DNA from: Thermoplasmata archaeon
Lineage (GTDB): Archaea > Thermoplasmatota > Thermoplasmata > Lutacidiplasmatales > UBA184
Assembly (NCBI GenBank): GCA_035502055.1
Contig: DATJVB010000019.1
Span: forward strand, 1-55,704
Direction: 5' to 3'
DNA: 55,704 nt
Positions 49,406-55,704 of this stretch are shown here, piece after piece; positions within the stretch are counted from its first letter, which is position 1, and every line of letters begins with the position of its first letter. The position numbers and the translations under genes were made by a program. The notes under the pieces were generated by a model. That model saw nothing but the letters and a program-made list of their open reading frames with translations, had not been told where the DNA came from and did not search any database.

Positions 49406-50147
49406 TCGACTCGATCGTCGCGCCGTCCCAGAGGAGGATCCCGGGCGGCGAGTCGGCCCCGTCGACGAACCCGTACCAGTAGACGACGGCCCCTTCGCCG
49501 AAGATCTCGGTGTACGGACCCAGCTGCCGGCGCAGGTTCTTCCGGAGCTCCACGTCGTCCCCGAAGTTCGCCTTCGACTCGATCCAGGTGAGCTTCTGCC
49601 CGTAGAAGACGATCGGCCGGTCGAGGAGCGCGTCGGGGGTCTTCGCGTACCGGCCCCGGAGGTCCTTCTCGGTCCGGTATCCGATCCCGTGCGCGTCGAG
49701 CCAGCCGTACAGCCGTTCCTCGCCGCGCCGCCCCCGCTCCCGCTGGAGCTCCATCCCCTGCGGCGAGTAGATCGGGTCCGCCTGGATCAGCTCCGCGACC
49801 TCCCGGCGGATCCGCTCGTCGGGCCCGAGCTCGGGGTGGAGGAACGTCTGCCAGACCTTCTTGCGGGGGATGTGGAGCTCCTGGAGGACCATCTGGCCCA
49901 GAAGGACCGGCGGGAACCGCCACTCCCGGGCGATGTCGAGGATCGACCGCCCGCGGCGCCACTGCCCGACGAGGCGCGGGATCTGCCGCTTCAGCACGTA
50001 GAACCGCCGCGTCGCGTCCCGCGTGACCCGGTGGGTGTGGATCACGAACAAGAGTTCCGGGTCGAGGCTCTCCTCGCGGGCGATGCGGACGACGTCCTCG
50101 TACGTCGCGAGGGCGTCGTACAGACGTTGGTAGGTCGAACGGTCCAT
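49263..50147 (-). CDS. TPD-motif PD-(D/E)xK nuclease-like protein (CDIN1/C15orf41 family)
   Basis: 294 aa. YAKTPDALLDRPIVFYGQKLTWIESK (TPD motif, D...ExK). The last roughly 45 aa are Pro/Ser/Ala low complexity encoded antisense to the hisS 3' end. Confidence 0.7.
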   Translation of the reverse strand: MDRSTYQRLYDALATYEDVVRIAREESLDPELLFVIHTHRVTRDATRRFYVLKRQIPRLVGQWRRGRSILDIAREWRFPPVLLGQMVLQELHIPRKKVWQTFLHPELGPDERIRREVAELIQADPIYSPQGMELQRERGRRGEERLYGWLDAHGIGYRTEKDLRGRYAKTPDALLDRPIVFYGQKLTWIESKANFGDDVELRKNLRRQLGPYTEIFGEGAVVYWYGFVDGADSPPGILLWDGATIESITPVVAPPSSAAPSAPPSSGPAPRPSPSPAPGDRGSAPGEPSDAPPP

Positions 50148-50281
50148 GGCCGGACGGCGCGGAAACGCGACCGCCCTCGGGGGCCGCTGAGCCGGGACGC
50201 TCTAAAACGTTTGGTCCCGGGGAACGGGTCCCGGGCCGAGCCCCCCGCCTCCCCCCGGACGCCCGGCCGCCCGCCGGTCCC

Positions 50282-51088
50282 CTAGTCCCGCCAGTCGAGC
50301 CCGACGGTGCGGAGCCCGACCTTCGGGATCGGGGGGGTGCGCCGCTTGTGGCGGTTCGCCCGGACGCGCGCGTCGACGCGGCGGACCGTCTCGGGATCGG
50401 TCCCCGCCGCCGCGGCGATCGTCTCGACCGGCGCGAGCTGCTCGAGCCCGAGGAGGATCCGGTCGAGGAGGTCGTAGGAGAGGCCGATCTCGCCCTCGTC
50501 GGTCTGCCCCTCCCAGAAGCCCGCGGTAGGGACCCGCTCCCGGATCCGCGCCGGGAGGTCGAGCTCCGCCGCGAGGGCGCGGACCTGGGTCTTGTACAGG
50601 TCCCCGATCGGCAGGAGGTCGACGCCGCCGTCCCCGTACTTCGTGAAGTAGCCGAGGAGGATCTCCGACTTGTTCCCCGTCCCGACGACCCGGCGGCCCC
50701 GCTCCCGCGCGAGCGTGTAGAGGAGGAGCATCCGGGCCCGCGCCTTCACGTTCCCCGCCGTCGTCCGGTCGACGGGGGCCGGGAGGACCGACCGGACCGC
50801 CGCCTCGATCGGCCCGATCGGCACCTCGCACCGCTCGACCCCGAGCGCGTCGGCGTAACCCCGGGTCTCCTCGAGGAGGGCCGGCGGGTACGCGTCGTCG
50901 GGGAGGAGGACCGCGAGCACCCGCTCCGGCCCGAGCGCGTCCCGCGCGAGGCGGGCGACGAGGGCGGAGTCGATGCCGCCGGAGAGCGCCACGATCGCGC
51001 CGTCGCTCGCGGCGGGGCCCGCCTCGGCGCGAAGGAACCGGTCGATCGTCGACCGCGCGTGGGAAGGCAGATGGACGTCGAGGTTCAT
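50282..51088 (-). CDS. nadE: NH3-dependent NAD+ synthetase
   Basis: ATG 51086-51088 overlaps the upstream TGA. 268 aa. Motifs: ALSGGIDSALVA (PP-loop), GTGNKSE, GYFTKYGDGG. Confidence 0.9.
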   Translation of the reverse strand: MNLDVHLPSHARSTIDRFLRAEAGPAASDGAIVALSGGIDSALVARLARDALGPERVLAVLLPDDAYPPALLEETRGYADALGVERCEVPIGPIEAAVRSVLPAPVDRTTAGNVKARARMLLLYTLARERGRRVVGTGNKSEILLGYFTKYGDGGVDLLPIGDLYKTQVRALAAELDLPARIRERVPTAGFWEGQTDEGEIGLSYDLLDRILLGLEQLAPVETIAAAAGTDPETVRRVDARVRANRHKRRTPPIPKVGLRTVGLDWRD

Positions 51089-52104
51089 GCCTCGACCCCG
51101 ACCGGCTCGAGGGCCCCCTCCGTCGCCCATCGGTCCCGGCAGGCGCAGGCGAGGCCGTCGAGCACGTCGAACCGCTGGTCGAGGGCCGCCTCCTCGAGCG
51201 CCGCGAGCACCCGCCGGTCGCAGGCGCCGCAGTTGTGCGGGCCGCGCGGCTGGCCGCCGGCGGTCGGGAACGTCACGAGCCGCGTCGTCCCCCGGAGGGG
51301 CGCCGCGCGGCGCATCGCCTCGACGAGGCTCCAGAGCCACGGGGGCCGGTACCGGCCGCGGCGGTACAGCCACTCGACAACCGTCCCGCCCTGGATGTGG
51401 ACCGGGTTCACGCTCAGCGTGTCGAACCACGGGCGGGCCGCGGCGACGGAGGCGACCACGTCCTCGACGGCCTCGCGCTCCGTGAGGTACGGGGGCTTGA
51501 GGAGGAGATACCCCTTCGGCGAGGCGCCCGCCGAACGGATCCGGGCCGCCGCGTCGAAGTACTCGCGCGGCGACGCCCCCTTGTTGACGAACCGTTCCAG
51601 GACGACCGGGTCGGCGCTCTCGAGGCCCTCGGCGACCTCGAGGCGCCCGCCGAACGCGTCGCGCAGGGCCCCCACCGTCGCGTCCGTCGCGAACTCGGGG
51701 AGCGTCTCGACGAGGAGCCGGCGCGCGCGGCCGGCGAACGCCCGGCCGATCCGGTCGCGCGAGGCGGGGTCGACCTCGCGGTCGTCGAAGAAGCTTCCCG
51801 AGGTGTAGATCTTGACGTACGGCTCGTCCCGGTACCGCGCCATCGCGGCGTCGAGCTGCGCCGCCAGCTCCTCCGGCGCCGCCGAGCGGCCGAGGGTGTC
51901 GCGGGCGTAGCCGCACATCGAGCACCCCTTGAGGTCGGCCCAGTAGCACCCGCGGGTGCGCAGGATCAGCACGAACGCCCGGACCCGCGCTCCGTCGAGC
52001 GCCTCCGCCTCGGTCCACTGGTTCACGAACGCCCCGGCCGAGCCGGCGGGGGCCGGCGGGGGCCGTCGCTCCCGCGCGAGCGACCGGGCGACGGACTCGG
52101 GCAC
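51085..52104 (-). CDS. Archaeosine-biosynthesis radical SAM protein RaSEA (TIGR01210-like)
   Basis: GTG start, 339 aa. Motifs: TRGCYWADLKGCSMCGY and C-terminal CGACD...CAC. Confidence 0.8.
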   Translation of the reverse strand: MPESVARSLARERRPPPAPAGSAGAFVNQWTEAEALDGARVRAFVLILRTRGCYWADLKGCSMCGYARDTLGRSAAPEELAAQLDAAMARYRDEPYVKIYTSGSFFDDREVDPASRDRIGRAFAGRARRLLVETLPEFATDATVGALRDAFGGRLEVAEGLESADPVVLERFVNKGASPREYFDAAARIRSAGASPKGYLLLKPPYLTEREAVEDVVASVAAARPWFDTLSVNPVHIQGGTVVEWLYRRGRYRPPWLWSLVEAMRRAAPLRGTTRLVTFPTAGGQPRGPHNCGACDRRVLAALEEAALDQRFDVLDGLACACRDRWATEGALEPVGVEA

Positions 52105-52788
52105 CTACGACTCCTCGACCTCGACCTCGACGAGGTCGTCGTCGCGCAGGTGGAGGGTGTCCCGCAGGCAGACCGGGGCGATGAGCTCGAGTACATCCTT
52201 GTGGTGCGACCGGTCCGGCACGATGAGGTGGCACGGGCGGCCGCCGAGCCGCGCGGTGAGGCACGTCGCCCCGCCGAACGTCCGCCCCGACGCCTCGAAG
52301 CCGTCGATCCGTATCCCCGTCCACTGTCGGAGCCGCCCGAGCGTCGCGACCTCCTCGGCGCCGACGCGCACGTTGAGCGTCCCCGGGTACGGCTCGTAGC
52401 CGAGCCGGGGGACGAATTGGACGACGTACCCCGGCTGGCTCAGGTAGTACCGGCCCTCGCCCAAGCCGCTCGCGACCCGGCCGCGGATCCGGACCGCCGC
52501 CGGCCCCTCGAACAGCCGGCGGAGCGGGTGGTACTCGCGCGACAGCGCCTCCCATCCGTCGGGCGTGACGGTGAGCCGCTGGCGGCGCGCGGCGAGCTGC
52601 CGGGCGAGGTAGCCGCGGCGCTCGAGGCCGACGAGGTACCGGTCCGCCGCCTGCTGGCTCACACCGAGCCGCCGGCCCGCCTCGCCGCTCGACATCTCGA
52701 CCGGCGCGCGCGCCGCGCCGAGCCCGGCGAGGAGTCGGAGGAGCGTGAACTCCTCCATCTTGAGCCGCGCGTCGCGCGGGGAGGACAC
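52105..52788 (-). CDS. rbkR: RbkR: wHTH regulator fused to CTP-dependent riboflavin kinase
   Basis: 227 aa (alternative ATG 52758). N-terminal wHTH LGVSQQAADRYLVGLERRGYL. C-terminal RibK barrel GEGRYYLSQPGY...PYPGTLNV. Confidence 0.85.
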   Translation of the reverse strand: MSSPRDARLKMEEFTLLRLLAGLGAARAPVEMSSGEAGRRLGVSQQAADRYLVGLERRGYLARQLAARRQRLTVTPDGWEALSREYHPLRRLFEGPAAVRIRGRVASGLGEGRYYLSQPGYVVQFVPRLGYEPYPGTLNVRVGAEEVATLGRLRQWTGIRIDGFEASGRTFGGATCLTARLGGRPCHLIVPDRSHHKDVLELIAPVCLRDTLHLRDDDLVEVEVEES

Positions 52789-52799
52789 GGAGGGGCCCC

Positions 52800-53042
52800 C
52801 TAGTGGCCCCGGACCGGGGCGCCGCCGGGGAAGTGCGCCGACTGGATGTTCGATCCCCGAAGGACCACCCGGCCGAGGCGGCGCGTCGACTCGGGGCGGG
52901 ACTCCTCGGCCTCCTCGAGCGCGAGGTTGAGGTGCTCGTCGACCCCGATCAGCCGGCCCGTGAGGGTCCGGCCGTCCTTGAGCCGGAGCGCGACCGGCTG
53001 CGAGACGAGCCGGGAGAGAAGTTCGACCGGGGAGCCGGCCAT
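52800..53042 (-). CDS. Sm-like archaeal protein (LSm/SmAP)
   Basis: 80 aa. Sm1/Sm2 pattern VALRLKDGRTLTGRLIGVDEHLNLAL...VVLRGSNI. Confidence 0.85.
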   Translation of the reverse strand: MAGSPVELLSRLVSQPVALRLKDGRTLTGRLIGVDEHLNLALEEAEESRPESTRRLGRVVLRGSNIQSAHFPGGAPVRGH

Positions 53043-53065
53043 CGGGCTCGGGACCGAAGGGCTCG

Positions 53066-53076
53066 CTTAAGCCTTT
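53066..53076 (-). promoter_or_regulatory. TATA-like island (AAAGGCTTAAG on minus strand), leaderless geometry for the Sm operon
   Basis: Centre lies about 29 nt upstream of ATG 53042. Confidence 0.35.
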
Positions 53077-53135
53077 GCCGGCGCCGGGCGCGAACGCTAT
53101 CAGGGCGGGGCCGACTGGGGGCGCCCGACCGACCG

Positions 53136-54263
53136 ATGTCCGCGCCCGCGCGACCTTCCGGGGGCCTCGGCGACGTGGTGCTGGGCGAATCCCACCTCAG
53201 CCTCGTCGCCGGCGAGACCGGGGGGCTCGTCTACCGGGGGTACGACATCCGCGAGCTCGCCGGACGGGCCTCCTACGAGGGCGTCGTCCACCTGCTCTGG
53301 CACGGCGAGGCGCCGGCGACCGACCCGCCCGCCGAGCTCGCGCGCGCGATCGCCGCGCGACGCGCCCTGCCCGACGGCGTCGTCCGCGTCGTCGACGCCC
53401 TCGCGCCCGAACTCCCTCCGCTGGAGGCGCTCCGCACGGGCCTCTCCGCCCTCGGCGACGGGACGTATCCGTACCCGCCGACGATCGAGCAGGGGATCGA
53501 TCTCGTCGCCCGGACCCCGACGGTACTCGCGCGGCACGTCCGCCGCGCCCGCGGCGAGCCGCCGGTCGAGCCCCGCCCGGCGCTGGGTCAGGTCGCGAAC
53601 TTCCTCTGGATGCTCACCGGGCGCGCGCCGGAGCCGGAGCGCGTCCGGGCCCTCGAGACGTACTTCGTGCTGCTCGCCGACCACGGCATGAACGCCTCGA
53701 CGTTCGCGCTCCGGATCGTCATCTCGACGCAGTCGGACCTCTTCTCGGCCGCCACGGCGGCGCTCGGAGCCCTCAAGGGCCCGGCGCACGGCGGGGCGCC
53801 GGCGCGCGTCTCGGCGATGCTCGACGCCGTCGGGAGCCCGGAGCGGGCGCCCGACTGGATCCGGGCGCAGCTCGACCAGAAGGCCCGGCTGTTCGGGTTC
53901 GGCCACCGGGCGTACAAGGCGGAGGATCCCCGCGGGCTCCTCCTGCATGACGTCGCCCGGCGCGTCGCCGATCCCCGCCGGCTCGAGCTGGCCGAGGCCG
54001 TCGAGCGGGCGGGCGTCGAGGAGCTGCGGAGGCGCAAACCGAACGAACGCCTGTACGCGAACGTCGAGTTCTACAGCGCCGTCGTCCTGGAGGCCGTCGG
54101 CCTTCCGCCCGAGCTGTTCACGCCGACGTTCGCCGTCGCGCGGACCGCCGGATGGGTCGCCCACTCCCTCGAGCAGGCCGCGTCGAACCGGCTCATCCGG
54201 CCGGATGTCCGGTACGTCGGACCTCCGCCCGGTCGGCGGTGGCCGAACCTCCCGGCCCCCTAG
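53136..54263 (+). CDS. gltA: Citrate synthase
   Basis: ATG 53136, 375 aa. Motifs: LLADHGMNASTF, GPAHGGA, GFGHRAYK, plus the C-terminal arginine region. Confidence 0.9.
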   Translation: MSAPARPSGGLGDVVLGESHLSLVAGETGGLVYRGYDIRELAGRASYEGVVHLLWHGEAPATDPPAELARAIAARRALPDGVVRVVDALAPELPPLEALRTGLSALGDGTYPYPPTIEQGIDLVARTPTVLARHVRRARGEPPVEPRPALGQVANFLWMLTGRAPEPERVRALETYFVLLADHGMNASTFALRIVISTQSDLFSAATAALGALKGPAHGGAPARVSAMLDAVGSPERAPDWIRAQLDQKARLFGFGHRAYKAEDPRGLLLHDVARRVADPRRLELAEAVERAGVEELRRRKPNERLYANVEFYSAVVLEAVGLPPELFTPTFAVARTAGWVAHSLEQAASNRLIRPDVRYVGPPPGRRWPNLPAP

Positions 54264-54422
54264 GGTCGCGGCGAATCCCGTCGGACCGCTCGGTCCGTCC
54301 GACGCCACCGCGCGGCCGCCGCCTCCGAGCGCTCCGGGAAGCCGGTCGTTCCGCCGGCGCCGGAATGGATCGACCGCCGCGGCCCGCCGGATCGGCGGTG
54401 CGGGCGGCCGGAGGGAGCGCCC

Positions 54423-55704
54423 CTAGGCGTTGCCCTTCTCTTCGCCCGGCTCCTTGTCGACGACCTTGAAATCGGCGTCGACCGGGGTCTCCCCGGGTCG
54501 GCGTCCGCCGCTCGGCGTCGCGGGACCGCCGCCGCCCTGGCCGGAGGACGTCGCGCCGCCGGCCTCCGAGCGGCCGGCCTCGTACATCCGCTGGGCGACC
54601 GCGTGGAGGGTCCGGGTGAGATCGTCCATCCGCTCCTTGAGCACGCCGAGGTCCTTCTCGCCGAGCGCGGTGCGCAGCGCCGCGACCTTCTGGGTGATCT
54701 CCTGGCGGTCCGCCTCCGAGATCTTCCCCTCGCCGTCGGCGAGGAGCCGCTCCGCGTCGTAGGCGAGGGTCTCGGCCCGGTTGCGGGCCTCGACCGCCGC
54801 CGCGCGCTCGCGGTCCTTCGCGGCGAACTCCTCCGCCTGGTGGACCATCCGGTCGACCTCCTCCTTCGAGAGCTTCGTCGACGCGGTGATCGTGATCCCC
54901 TGCTTCTTCCCCGTCGCGAGGTCCTTCGCCGAGACGTTGAGGATCCCGTTCGCGTCGATGTCGAACGACACCTCGACCTGCGGCGTGCCGCGGGGCGCGG
55001 GCGGGATGCCCGTCAGCATGAAGCTTCCGAGCGAGACGTTGTCCGCCGAGAGCGGCCGCTCGCCCTGGAAGACCTTGATCTCGACGGAGTTCTGGGAGTC
55101 GGCCGCCGTCGTGAAGATCTGGGCCTTGCGGGTCGGGATCGTCGTGTTCCGCTCGATGAGCTTGGTGAAGACCCCGCCCAACGTCTCGACGCCGAGCGAG
55201 AGCGGCGTCACGTCGAGCAGGAGGACGTCCTTCACCTCGCCGGCGAGGACCCCCGCCTGGATCGCGGCGCCCATGGCGACGCACTCCATCGGGTCGACGC
55301 CACGCTCGATCGAGGGACCGACGAGCTGCTCGACCGTCTTCTGGACGATCGGCATGCGCGTCGGGCCGCCGACGAGGACGATCCGGTCGATCTGACCCTT
55401 CTCGAGCTTCGCGTCGGCGAGGGCCTGCTCGACGGGGCCCCGGCACCGTTCGATCACCGGGCGGATCAGTTCCTCGAGCTGCGCCCGGGAGAGGCTCAGC
55501 GCGAGGTGCTTCGGTCCCTCGGGCGTCGCGGAGAGGAACGGGAGGTTGATCTGGGTCTCGAGCGTGGAGGAGAGCTCGATCTTCGCCTTCTCCGCGGCGT
55601 CGCGGACCCGCTGCATCGCCATCTTGTCCTTCCGGACGTCGATGCCGCTCTCCTTCTGGAACTCGCGGGCGATCCACTCGGTGAGCGCGCTGTCCATGTC
55701 GGTC
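54423..55704 (-). CDS. dnaK: Chaperone DnaK (Hsp70), 3' portion; the gene continues beyond the window edge
   Basis: Substrate-binding and lid domains: VLLLDVTPLSLGVETLGGVFTKLIERNTTIPT, FDIDANGILNVSAKD. The ORF is open at nt 55704. Confidence 0.95.
   Translation of the reverse strand, partial: TDMDSALTEWIAREFQKESGIDVRKDKMAMQRVRDAAEKAKIELSSTLETQINLPFLSATPEGPKHLALSLSRAQLEELIRPVIERCRGPVEQALADAKLEKGQIDRIVLVGGPTRMPIVQKTVEQLVGPSIERGVDPMECVAMGAAIQAGVLAGEVKDVLLLDVTPLSLGVETLGGVFTKLIERNTTIPTRKAQIFTTAADSQNSVEIKVFQGERPLSADNVSLGSFMLTGIPPAPRGTPQVEVSFDIDANGILNVSAKDLATGKKQGITITASTKLSKEEVDRMVHQAEEFAAKDRERAAAVEARNRAETLAYDAERLLADGEGKISEADRQEITQKVAALRTALGEKDLGVLKERMDDLTRTLHAVAQRMYEAGRSEAGGATSSGQGGGGPATPSGGRRPGETPVDADFKVVDKEPGEEKGNA

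Noticed and set aside
46174-49482. 1,102-aa plus-strand ORF spanning htpX, the Zn-ribbon gene and hisS in another frame. Similar long ORFs occur at 13057-15924, 37717-40587, 39229-41946 (upstream part), 43762-45963 and 45974-47935.
   Set aside because: These are shadow ORFs. Each overlaps a frame with strong family motifs, and each has extreme Arg/Pro/Gly content.
54280-54303. Inverted repeats GTCGGACCGCTCGGTCCGTCCGAC after the citrate synthase stop, as a possible terminator in the 159-nt convergent gap with dnaK
   Set aside because: The stem is only 6 bp with a 2-nt loop and there is no following T/U tract, which archaeal termination usually needs. It cannot be told apart from chance GC-rich self-complementarity.
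1-55704. Search by eye for tRNA/rRNA genes, CRISPR repeats, IS elements, integrases, toxin-antitoxin or restriction-modification modules
   Set aside because: No T-loop-like GGTTCGAATC motifs and no regularly spaced direct repeats were seen. There are no transposase, integrase or Cas-like ORFs. Non-coding gaps are all under 270 nt and most are explained as promoters. A covariance-model scan (tRNAscan-SE, Infernal) would be needed to be certain.

Overview
This is a 55.7-kb, very GC-rich window (over 70% by eye, with third codon positions almost always G/C). It is clearly archaeal and almost wall-to-wall coding. Archaeal markers are AglB/STT3 oligosaccharyltransferase, aEF-1beta, an Sm-like protein, TiaS, the archaeosine radical-SAM protein RaSEA, the CTP-dependent riboflavin kinase fusion RbkR, two-subunit 2-oxoacid:ferredoxin oxidoreductase, RNase J and the thiolase/DUF35 pair. 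A thermopsin-family protease, RbkR and 'SGLPxGTxW' surface modules hint at a Thermoplasmatota-like lineage; this is inference only.

I call about 52 protein genes and saw no rRNA, tRNA, CRISPR array, IS element or prophage.

Operons and promoters:
- Genes sit in tight operons, and seven junctions are ATGA stop/start overlaps.
- Most promoters look like tiny AT-rich islands 25-30 nt upstream of the start codon, which suggests leaderless mRNAs.

Because of the GC content, the six-frame track is full of very long Arg/Gly/Pro/Asp-rich shadow ORFs (up to 1,509 aa). I rejected or trimmed these.

Most interesting observations:
1. A 2,220-aa AglB. Its STT3 core is fused to a roughly 1,300-aa sequon-dense beta-sandwich array with its own C-terminal anchor. 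It is ATGA-coupled to another sequon-rich anchored protein, then to a Zn-ribbon gene and EF-1beta.
2. A three-gene operon. It holds a small CX3CH protein, a heme-oxygenase-like iron enzyme, and a Cys-rich Zn domain fused to an HSL-type esterase whose nucleophile Ser is replaced by Asp.
3. A cytoplasmic-looking ACE-type M2 peptidase.
4. A 74-aa protein with two textbook eukaryote-style C2H2 zinc fingers.
5. A six-gene chain joining isopropylmalate-type genes to thiolase/DUF35.
6. A CDIN1/TPD-type nuclease whose tail is overprinted on the 3' end of hisS.

All functional calls rest on motifs I recognised by eye. No database search was run.
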